Shown piece after piece: positions 51,320-64,000 of a stretch of 64,000 nt of DNA. How positions within the stretch are numbered: the stretch's first letter is position 1; the number at the start of each line of letters is the position of its first letter. Position numbers and translations under genes: made by a program. Source of the stretch: Octopus sinensis (lineage: Eukaryota); assembly GCF_006345805.1 (NCBI RefSeq), contig NC_042997.1:155496001-155560000 (forward strand), read 5' to 3'. The notes beneath the pieces were generated by a model that saw only the letters and a program-made list of their open reading frames with translations, ran no database searches and was not told the DNA's origin.

Positions 51320-52596
51320 CAGATTTTAAATGTTTCTCGCCTTTTAAGACGGTAAGAATAGTTTCCCCACAATTATTTCGAATATGCGTCAGTGGTTGTT
51401 GAAACTTAAGTTATCCATTCCATTATTGGCAGCTCATCATGGGAAAAACTATTTTATATACACTACATTTTTTTACTCAGTGTCATTTATAACAAAGCAC
51501 ATTCCTTTCCAGTGATAAGGAACGCCCACTTCAACCCCACTTGTAATACACCTTCAATGTACAAATATCAACTAAAGGCAGCCTATTTATCTCATAACCG
51601 GACCTACATGGCTGCAATGAACAAAAGTCAATGAAACATCCTTGTTTTTTTTTCCTGTGCAGTATCACTACACTCATCAAAGAAATAGTCTTATATATTA
51701 CCTCCTTTAGTCATGAATAATAGACAATCTAAACGCTTAAATTCACTAAAATTTGTGGTTCCCGCAGAGACCCACATATATAACATTACTTAAACAGTAT
51801 TGATAAAAGGAAAATATTGATATTATTCTTTAGAACTAGAAAAATTTTCAGCTTTAATTAGTTTCTGGCCCGCTTCATAACTTAAAACTGCATTGAGGGT
51901 ACTGTTCATACGAGCCAATGGGGGAGCCCCAGTAAGGTTGCTCAAACTGCTAGAAAAAGCAACCATACCTCCTTCAAATCATGCGTGTTAGCGTGTAATT
52001 GGAAGAAAATATGGTTGCTCATTAAAAAGGGAAGGATATTAAAAAGCTCATATATCTGGAATGATTCTGCTGTTTACATAATCAGTCATCCTAGACCACA
52101 TTCAAACAACCACTACCTCACAAATTCGCCATATCTCGTCTCTGCCGCTTCTATCACTACTTTAATAGCCTTTGCAACTACTCTGAACTTGTTGCATACT
52201 TTCTCTGCCCAGCTACCCAATTTCGTATCTTTCATCCTTTCTTCGCTCCGGTTAAGTTTTACCTCTAAGACCCTATCCACACTAATCCTTCCACTACAGA
52301 CTGTAGTCCTCCAGATTCCTTCCCCATATACATCTTTTCTTTCCTGCAGACGTGGCCTATAATAGTCCAAAATGAACCTCAACTGCCTCATTTTTACCAA
52401 TTTTGAAGCTCTATGAAAATGGCTGTTGTCTTGTGTTACCTGGCTCTACAAAGTTTCTGTATACAGTTTCTACTCTTCTTGTCTTATTACCTGGATCTAC
52501 AAAGATATTGGGTTCACAATAACTAAACTACTAAAAAAATGTAGTAGACTTTTTTAAACCTCGATTGATTCTGTCATACATCACTCCCAATTATTT

Positions 52597-52805
52597 AAGG
52601 CGATGAACTGGCAGAATCGTTACCGCACCGGGCAAAATGTTTAACAGCTTTTAGTCCGTCTTCACGTTCTGAGTTAAAATTCTGCAGAGGCTGACTTTGC
52701 CTTTCATCCTTTCGGGGTCGATGTAATAAGTACCAGTGAAGCACTGGGGCCGATCTAAACGACTAGTCTCTTCCACCAAACTTGCTGGCTTTGTGTTAAA
52801 TTCGA
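52597..52805 (+). mobile_element. SINE family B (alternative tail)
   Basis: Head and core match family B. Confidence 0.75.
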
Positions 52806-52939
52806 GACCAATATTTAATAGTGGTCTATTGTCTAATAGCTTTGTTCCACATTAAAGCGGAAAATTAACCGATACTATATCCGTGTATGTTGTTACTAGG
52901 AATTAAGTGGTGAATTTACAGCACCTTCAAAGTGCCGAA

Positions 52940-54353
52940 GAGAACTCCTTGCGGGCACTGGCAAGACGTTTTTCGTCAAACTTTTGTTAGCAAAAGTCCG
53001 TCTAGACGGGTGCATTTCATTGGCGGTAGCATCTTCTAGAATCGCAGCAACTCTCTTGACAGGTAGTCCAACAGTTCATTCTACTTTCAAGCTTCCCTTG
53101 AATTTAGTTAGCACAGAGACTCCAATTTGCAACATCTCTAAGACATCAGCATAGGCCAAGGTCTTGCAGCAGATGTGCTTGATATTCTGGGATGAATGCA
53201 CCATGTCTCACCGAGGAGCACTTGTAGCTGTTGACCGTAGCCTAAGAGATTTGAGAGGAAAGGACATTCCCATGGGTGGTGTCACTGTAGTTTTGGCTGG
53301 GGATTTCAGACAAATTCTTCCTGTGGTCCAAAAAGGTACAAAGGTAGATGAACTAAAGACCTGTCTCAAGCAATCCTATCTGTGGAGGGAAGTGACCAAA
53401 CTGCACCTGACAGTTAACATGAGGAACCAATTATTTGTTGATCAAATTGCCGGGCTATTTGCACGCTAGCTTTTGCACATAGGGAATGGGCAACTACCTT
53501 ATGTCCACCAAATGCAGCAACACAAGCTACCCTATGGTGAGATGATACCAACTATCAATAATCTCAAAATGCATGTTTCCAAACAGTGCACAAAACTTTA
53601 GCAACAGTCAATGGCTAATGATGCTGTCGACAAAATCAATTGGGATCTCTTGCAGCTGTTGCCAGGACAAGAGCAGTCTTTCAAATCTATCGAAACTGTC
53701 ATTGATCAGGACCAAACTGTAGTTTCTCCAGCTGAGTGCCTGAACTCTACATCCATATGGGATACCACCTGACAACTTAACACCTAAAAAGGGAGCCCCA
53801 AACATGCTGCTCAGAAATCTGGATCCACCTCACCTGTGCAATGGCACCAAACTGGTGTTGAAAGCGATGTCACCCCCATGTCCTAGAGGCAGCAATTATC
53901 ACTGGAGAATATAAGAGTGGGGATGTCTTCATTCCACGAATCTCGTTAATCTCAATGGACCTCCCCTTTAAATTTAAACGGTTCCAGTTCCCAGTGAAAC
54001 TAAGTTTTGCTATGTCGATAAACAAATCTCAAGGACAATCTCTCAAGGTTGTTGGACTTAACCTTGTTTCTCCTTGCTTCTCTCATGGCCAATTATATGT
54101 AAGATGTGAACGAATTAGAAGTCCCAAAACTCTTTTTATATGCATCCCAGTTAAAGGACACACTGAAAAAATTGTATATCTGAAGTTCTACTAAATTAAA
54201 CTGTGATTGATTTCAGTATTTGGTTTAATAACTTTATTTATACTCACGTCATCTGATGGAATTTTTATGAAAAAATATTTTTTATCAGAATAAATATATC
54301 TATTTCCTCTAACATTCTTTAAACTTCAAAGCAACGCCGGTTACTTAGGCTAG
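52940..54353 (+). pseudogene. Helitron PIF1-like helicase fragment with 3' terminus
   Basis: GTGKTF, WDECTMSH, GDFRQILPV, QFPVKLSFAMSINKSQGQSL with stops and frameshifts. Ends GCAACGCCGG..CTAG|T. Confidence 0.92.
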
Positions 54354-54544
54354 TTATGTATAAAATCATCTATTGTTAATCAGTATACCAACTTACTTAC
54401 AAACAAATTTTTGCAGGACCTTCAAGACTTCATGGTCAATAACTTTAAATGTATTAACGTGTTACTTTTTTGATTGAATTGTCCTGAATAAACAGAAAAC
54501 AAATTATGAAATGAGAGAACACGGAATATGGAAATACACACATA

Positions 54545-54620
<76 letters not shown>

Positions 54621-55122
54621 CACTCACTCATTCACTCACCCTCTCACTCACTCGCTTACTCACTCACTCATTCACAAACACACATTACCAAAACCCTAAT
54701 GGCGAAATAACGGAAGGTAGAAAATAATATGCTTGATGGCTTATCCTCAAATTGGAAATCCAGGACAAAAGCTTGCTTACAACAGAGAGAAGTCCGCTTA
54801 AGAAATCCAAGAGCTATAAGGTGGTGTTAAACCAGACGAAAGATGCTATCTACCACCAAAGAATAAGGTACAGTTCACAAAACAAACTTCGAAGTAATTT
54901 TTGTGTACTTAATTTCAATTTCAAGGTTCGGATCAATTTGAGTATACGTTGCAAAACACGTCTAAAGTGCCGCGTAGGAGTGAACACGGTACAACATAGT
55001 TATAAAGCAAACTTCTCGACCACTTAACCATACTTGTTCTCAAAATGATATTGTGTACCATTCATGCCTTCCTCGAAAATTCCACCAGCGCTGTAAATGA
55101 ATGAGATAATGTTTGTGAGTTG

Positions 55123-55355
55123 AAAGGCGGCGATCTGGCAGAATCGTTAGCACACCGGGCGAAATGCTTATCGCTATTTCGTTTGCCGCTACGTTCTGAG
55201 TTCAAATTCCGCCGAGGTTGACTTTGCCTTTCATCCTTTCGGGGTCGATTAAATAAGTACCAGTTACGCACTGGGGTCGATATAATCGACGTAATCCGTT
55301 TGTCTGTCCTTGTTTGTCCTCTCTCTGTTTAGCCCCTTGTGGGTAGTAAAGAAAT
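55123..55355 (+). mobile_element. SINE family B, full length
   Basis: TSD ATGTTTGTGA(G/A)TTGA. Confidence 0.9.
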
Positions 55356-55944
55356 ATTATGTTTGTGAATTGAAACTGAATTTCACTTCACCACACTGTA
55401 CCGTAATGCATCATATAAACAGCCATTATTATAAACTAATTCAATACGGTTCGGATTTTTTTTATTCCCTGTAGTTGATACGATAAATTATTGAAAGATT
55501 ATTGGTCTTAATGTTGTCTTTTCCGCACCGCATAAATATTCAGTCATCAAACAGACATAATGACGTGAATTCATTTCGCACTCCTTGTTCGTGTATTACG
55601 TAGTCAACGAGCTGAATGGAAATGACAATACGTTTAAAGTCTTATCAAAACATGAAGAAGAAATGAAGGAACTGCACGAAGGAGTTTAATCATAACCAAC
55701 TAACTAAACTTCCCGTAATCATATCTGGGCAGCTTGCTTTGATAGAAGTATGAGACTATGTCAGTGGCAGTATATACAGATGCATAACGTGAGATAATGT
55801 TTATGACGAATGCCTACTACACTTACTCACTTCACACTTAGCATGTAGGGGACCTGAAGTCCAATAAGTCAAGTATTATTTTAAAACAGGAAGCTGACGC
55901 ATTTGTGTCTTTTTGGATTGGGAAATACGACTGTATGCAACAAT

Positions 55945-56017
<73 letters not shown>

Positions 56018-57059
56018 TACTACTACTACTACTATAATAATAATAATTATTATTATTATTAGTTTGTAATATATGAACTTTCGCACGTTCATATATTTAA
56101 AAGATACTGGTATATAAATTATCTAAATTTCAACTCGCGAAATTTCTCAGTATCCGGTTGTCTTTGATTTACTTCTTTTCTCCACCCCCTCCCCCACTCA
56201 CATGCCTATTAAAAGAAGCTGATTAGATTAAGTGATGCTTGATTCCAGAACACTTAAAGAAATTTCGATGATTCTTTACAAAACCAGGATACAATATTTT
56301 GTGGACAATACTTGTCAGAATATTGAATTTCAAATATCAGACACCAACTTAACAGGGGGCTAAAATCACTTTTTATCTCTAGCAATGCTATTTAATCCTA
56401 GAAGTGTCATTTTATTTGGAAGTAGGGCCTTTTTTTTAATGAAAGCACCGTTACTCAAACATGTGGGTGTGTGCGTATACATAATTTATATAGAGAGAGC
56501 ACGTATATGTCTTACTACTTAATATGTATGCTTTTAGAAAATTTATTCTATATTGAGCAATTTCATATAAATTTTCTTCATATAACAGTATAAAAATGTA
56601 AGTTTTTTTTTCTCTACATTTATCCATTCCAAGCAGTCATAAACTCAACCTTGTGACAGCTGGCCACAAAAGTGTTCCGTATTTTTACGCCGCCTGATGA
56701 GAGATGTTGTTTTCAAAAAAGAAAGTTCTGCAGACGAAGAATTTTTACGGGGTAAGATCATGCATTGTATCAGAAGTTAGCTCTTTCTGTAAGAATATAT
56801 AGAAAATGCCTGATTGAAACGAAACCACGGAAACTTGGATACATTGCTTATTAGAAGTACGTTCTTCTAGCCACAAAAGGGGCTTTAAATCATCGGTATA
56901 TACGAACTTCACTGAAAACGTGATAGCTGTAAACTTCAAGACTCAAACTGTATTTTGTTACAATAAACGTGTAAGTACGATACTTTCTCGTTGGCTTTCT
57001 ATGTATTTAAAACACCATCTCTGTAATGTTTGGGCAAAATGCACGCTTCAACTTATATT

Positions 57060-58790
57060 AAGTGAAGCCGACAATGCTTCTGGGTAAACTTTGTTTTGCG
57101 TAAGTCCATTGTTGGTAGAATAAATATAAAAGTCATCTGCGCTGCTAACTCGAGAGCATTCGACATATAGCTGTCCATGAGAAAAGCAAGGTATTTGTAA
57201 ATTGCGACCCACAATTTTTAAAGTTTGACCCTGGGCTTTGTTTGATTGTCATAGCGAAGCACAATCGCACTGGGAACTGGAGGCGTTTGAAATGAAATGG
57301 CACATTTGAGGGAAGAAGGGGCATGCGTGGAATGTATGCAATCTCTCCTCGATGACAGCCAGCAATAATGGTTGCTTCTAGGACATGACTTGTCATTGAA
57401 GTTACAATCAATATTGTATCATTACATAGTCGTGGTTGGTCCAAATTCCTCAAGAGCGTGATAGGTGCACCTTTCTTTAGGAACAAATTATGCAGTGGCA
57501 GTCCTGTGGGTTGTAGAGAGTTGAGAAATTCAACTGGATACTCAGCAGCGGCATGTTCGTTGATAGTAATATCAATTAGAGACACACGCTGAAGCATCTC
57601 CAGGTAGAATGTGGAGGAGTTCATGGTTTATTTTATCAATGCTTTCATTCCGAGGTGCTAAAATAGCTTTCTCTGCGAACCATGCTATGTTTTTGAAGTT
57701 ATCTTGCAATGTGGGAAATACCCTTTCTTTAAGCTCGGCCAATGTAGACACCATGTGCCCATATTGCAGTACATGCTACTGCAGAGTGTTATCCAACGGT
57801 AAGGCACCATTTCCAATTTGTAGAAGTTGATGAGAGAATTCCTCAGCTAAGGGGTCATTGTAGAGATGAGCTCGCATATTCTTCTTTATGTATAGGCGAA
57901 AACTTCAAACACGCATAGATCTCGTCAGCTCGTGTACCCCTTGGTATGACTGGTAATATTTGAAGGAAATCCCCTGCAAGGACAACAGTTAAGCCCTCCA
58001 TAATGACATTATTGTTTCTAATACCCCTTAGTAACCTGTCTAGGGCTTCTAGTGCTCCACGGTGTGCCATCGTGCATTCATCCCAGACAATAAATGTAGT
58101 TTGCAGCAGAACTTCCGCCGTCGGTGATCGTTTTGAAATATTGCACATTTGGGCATCCGTTGAAGTTAAATTGAAATGCAATTTGAACGTTGAGTAAGCT
58201 GTCGTCAACCGATCAACAAAGTTGCTGCTACCTCTAATGATGCGTCTGTCTTATCTTTGCCAGAAGTAGATTAAATAGAAACGTTTCCCCCGTCCCTCCT
58301 GGTGCATCAGTAAAGAAAAGACGTCCTTCTTGCAAGGTAGACACTACTATTTTATTGAAAACAAACCTTTGTTCAGTTTGCAATAATGATTCACTTTCAT
58401 CAAGTTGCCTTTTCAGGGCATCCAGATCGTATGCTCTTTCTCGAACGACTTCCCTTGAAAGGCCGTGATGTCCAGCTGAAGGTGTTGGAATATCATATGT
58501 CGGATAAGCTTTTGCCCCCAATGGAATTAAGCATGTTTTTTAAATGCCGTAATGCTTCAGTGTAGATAACGTCCGAGTAGGAGACACTTGGCTAATGCAA
58601 CCGACGAGTTTCATGAAGGATGTCATCAGATAGGCTGTCTTTGTAGTTTTCCCGAAGTTGTAGTGGATTCGGTAAATCGCAATGGTACAACATGATGGCG
58701 AAGAATCTGCTTAATTGGTAAGCTGTGCATGCGGTTATTGCGTCAGAAAGAGCTAAGCTCCAGTGATCGCCATCTTCGGGAAGATGTTTC
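57060..58790 (-). pseudogene. Second Helitron PIF1-like helicase fragment
   Basis: DAPGGTGETF, WDECTMAH, GDFLQILPV, LLRNL, RLQFPVRLCFAMTI, with multiple frameshifts. Confidence 0.92.
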
Positions 58791-59229
58791 GCAAATCATG
58801 GAACTTACTATTTTAAGATCTTTGAATGACGTTGGTCCAGGAACTTTGTGGAGGAGCATCCGGAGACCGTAGCATTCGATCTAGAGCATTACTTTTTTAT
58901 GTGTGGATGCCCTTCGACGATTACACCAAGCTTTCTCCTCTTCGTTTTTTTTCTTGCCAAGAGTATGGGCCACACCAGAGTACCAACCAAAGCAGTAAAG
59001 CGTGGAAGCTAACGCAGTATCTGTTCCAGAAGTTAGTTCCAGAAGTTGCTTGGTGATTGATTTTTTTCACTGGTCCCCCAAGGAATTCTTTGTTTGAACA
59101 TAACTTTATTGTAAAGCAAGAAAAGCTTTGTTTAGCCCATTGACTATTGGGTCACTTCCATCCTCAGCACTTGATTTTGACTAGGTCAGGGAGAGCTCTG
59201 ACAGGCTCTATGCAAATGAGTTCATTACT

Positions 59230-59870
59230 GGGTTCCGGAACTCTCATGGGAACAAAAATTTCGCGTCTGGAACACCGTCTACGAGAAGCCCCGCAAGTCA
59301 ATAAGGGCCAATCATCTCCATATGTCGGAGTCAGCTCATATAAGACGTATGGTGCACGAAGACATCAGCTATAAATCCTGTGTTATGTAAAAGGGCAGTT
59401 CATATCCGATAAGACCCGGATGGGAGCGTGTGATCCGGTCGAAGCGTTTACTAAACAAACTCAAGCACCTCAAGGAGTCCGACATGCTCTAGTTCTTCTC
59501 AAATGAGAACGTTGATCAAGATCAAAAGTGAACAGGAGGAATGACAAATGTCTCTGCGCCAGCCCCACAGAAATCTCCACTCTTACGCATACCAAATATC
59601 CATCTCTTGTGATGGTCTTGGGGATCCTGAGCAATGAGGGCCATGTCATACCTTTTCATTTTTTTTGTCGCAAGGTGTTGGGGTCAAAGCGGCAGCCTAC
59701 ATTGAGACAATGGAGACGCTTGTAAAACCTTGGATTGCATTCTAGTTCTTCCTAACTCAGCCAGCGTGACCCAGGATTAAATGGTTGAAAAATTTTCATG
59801 ATCATGTTATTCTACATATTTGGTTTAGACCCTCTGAACTACTATTTCTGGGCACCGTTGAGAAGTTGAC
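59230..59870 (+). pseudogene. Tc1/mariner-superfamily transposase remnant
   Basis: FFSNE..DQ..NRRND..TKYPSLVMVLGILSNEG resembles the first catalytic-D region, degraded. Confidence 0.65.
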
Positions 59871-59915
59871 TAAGCATGGCCCTGTTACAAGTTCTAAATG
59901 TAATAGGTTCAATGT

Positions 59916-60094
59916 TGTAACGGGGTTGGTTGTCGCGTATTTGAATGTGACAATACCCCAATATATCGTGGAAATAAACGCATGTGTAAATAAATGTCAA
60001 AAGGCATGATTTGTTTTTAAAGCATAGTAATTTATTAGGGATTGTTGACAAGCCTTGTGAGTGGATTTGGTAAACGGAAACTGAAAGAAGACCG

Positions 60095-60133
<39 letters not shown>

Positions 60134-60707
60134 TGTGTGTGTTACTGTGTCCCCCCCCCAACATCGCTTGACAACCGATGCTGGTATGTTTACGTCCCCG
60201 TAACTTAGCGGTTTGGCAAAAGAGACCAATAGAATAAGTACTGGGCTTACAAAGAATAAGTCCAGGGGTCGATTTGCTCGACTAAAGGCGGTGCTCCAGC
60301 ATGGCCGCAGTCAAATGACTGAAACACGTAAAAGAGTAAGTGCTGAGCAAAGTGAACATATACATGTAGGAGTCAGATGGAAGTCACGAAAACTTACAAT
60401 TGCACAAGTAGGTTAGAAGTTTGTGGTGCTAAGGATGTAAGAAAAACGAACAGGCAGTAGCTGATGGTACGCAAGCTGGCGTGAAATGTCAAGATCTGTC
60501 CGCTGCCGGTTATGGAGATCTGTTCGCTGACGGCTGTGGCGTCGAGGTCTTCTGTTGACCGACTGCGAAAAGGCGCGCTCTCTTGCTGGGCTGATGACTG
60601 CTGCTTTTATAGGTACACCACCAGCTTCGATTGGCTGCCGTTACCAAAGCACAACTGTGCTAATCCGCGATGACGAAATATGGTTTCCTTAACTCCCTAT
60701 AGCCACA
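59916..60707 (-). mobile_element. Candidate solo LTR with a SINE A inserted (60051-60338)
   Basis: Minus strand TGTGGC...CCGTTACA with CCAAT (~60630), TATAAAAG (~60607) and AATAAA (~60033) in LTR order. No clean TSD. Confidence 0.45.
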
Positions 60708-60977
60708 ATAACAAGGACTCGCTAATGTCTGCTATTGTGGGACATAAAGTCCAACATAAATTAAGATCACCTGCTCAACGCATTTACTCGTTTCAGAAGC
60801 CGTATCGAGGCAATAATCGAGATTGATAGCGGCTTTGTTGAATAGCCTTTTGCAAAGTGTGTGTAAGAGTGTGTACTAGATTCTATAAAAATATATTGGA
60901 TTTTCTCATAAATATTTTTGTTTTCCTTAAATTGAAATTTTGTTTTCAAATAGTTGATGCACCTAGTACACACACAC

Positions 60978-61012
<35 letters not shown>

Positions 61013-62560
61013 TAATAGTAGTTAACCCCGTTTCAATAAACTATTAATTTGAAGTTTTGCTTGTGTTTTTCTCTTATTAATAATAGCTTAGTTTAGCGAT
61101 TCGAGGGACGGCGAAATCCCTTCATGTCGGTGCCAATCGCTGTTGCTGGACACGCTTATGTAAGCGGAGACCTGACCCGAAATCCTACAATCCGTTGGAG
61201 GACAGAGAAGGAGATACAAAGATCAAGTTGGTGTCATCCCGCGGTAATGCAAAATTCCTCCGATGGATCTAGAATCTCTTACTGCAGATCAACGTGGGTG
61301 ATGGACTACCTGCCGTCAAGCTTGTGAAATAGTCGTGACAAAATGTCATCAGTGACTTGATGAGCACCGAGTGAGGCCTGTTGCGGCTACTGCTAGATCG
61401 CCTCCAACACCAAACGCATCGATTCCTTGTCTTATTAATAATATTAAAAACGTGCTCTGCTTTTCTTTTTAGTAGCACAGTGGTGAAACTAGTTCTTTCA
61501 CACTGTGACCATGGAACCAGAAACAAATATTGTACTGCATCTACAAAAAGCTGCTTACGCACAAACAACACGCCGAAGTTGTCTATTTCTTATATATTGT
61601 AACGACTTGTATTATAATCATCTTCGACATTGCAACAATATGATAATTGATATATGATAATTAAATGGCTATATTAATAGTCAAGCAAATATTGTTCTTC
61701 ATTCATTTACACGAAACATCTTTGTTTATATAACTGCAAAACTTCTCCGTCTACATAACTGGAAAACTCTGTTGTCAAAAACGTTACAAAATGGTGGCCA
61801 CCGATCAAGGACAACACGCCTTCTGAAACAATGGCAGTGTGTCGCTACAAATAGCAGCTTTCTACCCGAGACTCGAGAACTGCAGTATGCAAAAATCGTT
61901 ACACTCGACATTAAGGAATTACAATCTTCTCTTCAACCAAGCATGCAACTTTCTACGATTAAAGACAAACAACTTTCTATAATTAGAGACGAGGATCAAA
62001 TCCTACCGTTTCACTTTGAAGTACACTGTTACAACCAAGACACGATCCGTAAACCAGTAAAGAAAGCAACGTAAAATTCTGCAGTCCACCTTCCAATTGG
62101 CCATAACCCACTTTTATCTGCAAAAACAACACAACCGACTGAGAAAGTACGGTGCACTGAATAACCAAACTGCATACCTGCAAGTTTACATTTACCAGGA
62201 CATACATTTGAATTGCACGCGCCGCTGCACAATCACATAAATAACACCTGTCCAAGCAAACATCTCTGAAACTATGGAATCCTGCAAGCCCTACAATTTC
62301 GACAGTCAAAACCCTTTCCGCTTGAGTCCTGAAGGTAAAAAAACAAATCCTACATTTATCCTGCAGTCTACACAGATTATTGTGCAAATTGACTTCGGCT
62401 ATCCTTCGATAATCTAAAGAGATAATGAAAGTGCTTGTTCGACAATTTCGTACAAAATTTTTATTCAATTTTTTTTTCTACAGTTGAATCGCTTTGTTAA
62501 TGTATGTCTTGTCTTTGTATTGTGTGCATGTATATACGTATATGTGTGTAAGTACTATTA

Positions 62561-62598
<38 letters not shown>

Positions 62599-62604
<6 letters not shown>

Positions 62605-62971
62605 TCTTTTACTTGTTTCAGTCATTTGACTGCGGCCATGCTGGAGCACCGCCTTTAGTCGAGCAAATCGACACCAGGACTTATTCTTTGAAAGCCTAGT
62701 ACTTATTCTATCGGTCGCTTTTGCCGAACCGCTAAGTTACTGGGACGCAAACACACCACCATCGGTTGTCAAGCGACGCTGGCGAGACAAATACACACAC
62801 ACAAACATACACACACACACGCACACACACACACACACACACACCTACACTTTCCGTCTACCAAATCCACTCACAAGGCTTTGGTCGGCCCGAGGCTATA
62901 GTAGAAGACACTTGCCCAAGGTGCCATGTGGTTGGTAAGCAAGCTACTTACCACACAATCACTCCCGCGCC
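62599..62971 (-). mobile_element. SINE family A
   Basis: Reverse complement of family A with internal deletions. Confidence 0.85.
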
Positions 62972-63093
62972 TGTATTTTTTGTTATATATGTATGTGTTT
63001 ATGTGCGTATGTATATATGTGTATGTATGTGTATACACAGGCACTCATACATAAGCAGTACTTACACAAATATACATACATACATGCACACAA

Positions 63094-63487
63094 ATGGATG
63101 GAAGCACTCCGTCGGTTACGACGATGAGGGTTCCGGTTGATCCGAATCAACGGAACAGCCTGCTCGTGAAATTAACGTGTAAGTGGCTGAGCACTCCACA
63201 GACACGTGCACCCTTAACGTAGTTCTCGGGGATATTCAGCGTGACACAGAGAGTGACAAGGCCGGCCCTTTGAAATACAGGTACAACAGAAACCGGAAGT
63301 AAGAGTGAGAGAAAGTTGTGGTGAAAGAGTACAGCAGGGATCACCACCATCCCCTGCCGGAGCCACGTGGAACTTCTTTTATGTGTTTTCGCCCAATAAA
63401 CACTCACAACGCCTGGTCTGGGAATCGAAACCGCGATCCTATGACCGCGAGTCCGCTGCCCTAACCACTAGGCCATTGCGCCTCCAC
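63094..63487 (-). mobile_element. SINE family C with tRNA-Arg-like head
   Basis: Head GGAGGCGCAATGGCCTAGTGGTTAGGGCAGCGGACTCGCGGTCATAGGATCGCGGTTTCGATTCCC followed by a non-tRNA body. Confidence 0.75.
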
Positions 63488-63853
63488 GCACACAAATAAT
63501 ACATATACAAAAAATACATAAACATAAGCGATTCAGCTGAAATAAAATTGAAAAAAATAAACATTTTTTACGAAAATTGATAAGCAAGCACTTTCATTAT
63601 CCCCCTACCTTTATCGAAAGATAGCCTAGACTTTTACAGACTATCAAGAACTTTTTCCTTGCATGCCCCTATTTTTTCTTGCTTCTCAGCACTAGATTTC
63701 ATGCACAGGGCACTCTTCCCATCAAGTTTGTTATTTCATATTTCTTTCCTTTGTTTACAGTGTTTCGTACTGTTTACAATGCTGTCTGTACTGCAAACTT
63801 CTATTTGTTTACATGTTAGAACGGTTATAAACTGCAACACTATATTTCAATTT

Positions 63854-63978
63854 GATTCCGCGACGACTCATTCCACGACAACACATTTCCGCGCCGACCC
63901 ATTTTAACGACGATTCGTTTCCTCGACGGCTCAATTTCGCGAAGATTTCATTTCCACAAAGATTCATTCAGCGAAAAC
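63854..63978 (+). repeat. Degenerate 15-16 bp tandem repeats, resembling DNA-transposon subterminal repeats
   Basis: About 8 units like CATTTCCGCGACGACT. Confidence 0.5.
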
Positions 63979-64000
63979 GTGCATATGTTTTTATAATATT

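Noticed and set aside
56690-56740. CTGATGA as a canonical hammerhead core (also at ~21950, ~60592 and ~61348 minus)
   Set aside because: No closing stem II plus GAAA and no stem I pairing.
53164-58521. Host PIF1 helicase gene
   Set aside because: Intronless, full of stops and frameshifts, with a Helitron CTAG terminus on the plus-strand copy. These are transposon pseudogenes.
61030-62468. Cluster of 60-160 aa ORFs
   Set aside because: No recognisable motifs and no consistent frame. Probably non-coding repeat sequence, which cannot be classified by eye.
63410-63487. tRNA-Arg gene
   Set aside because: The acceptor stem does not close and the sequence continues into a SINE body. The same applies to the other SINE heads.

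Overview
AT-rich, repeat-dense eukaryotic DNA. The SINE families and microsatellite load suggest an octopus or other cephalopod (inference). No host protein-coding gene is recognisable, and nearly all ORFs in the track are microsatellite or SINE artefacts. The core is a ~35 kb tRNA cluster (6.8-41.2 kb). It holds 6 intact tRNA-Gln genes (4 identical TTG, 2 CTG), 10 decayed tRNA-Gln copies and one tRNA-Pro(TGG), and was built by tandem and inverted duplication of a kb-scale amplicon. Mobile DNA includes a 5'-truncated Dong/R4-type RLE LINE sitting in (TAA)n, CR1-like, RTE-like and APE LINE fragments, Helitron Rep and helicase pseudogenes, non-autonomous Helitrons, a Tc1/mariner remnant, several MITEs, candidate solo LTRs and four tRNA-derived SINE families. 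The most unusual signals are: a minimal type I hammerhead ribozyme candidate with a G3-C8 core swap (25142-25192, minus); an ~850 bp foldback formed as an inverted dimer of a telomere-repeat-bearing MITE with an 8-bp TSD; the same 7-nt deletion in four tRNA-Gln copies; and a terminator-less tRNA-Pro that runs into an A-box-deleted SINE. Coordinates were counted by eye and repeat edges are approximate.
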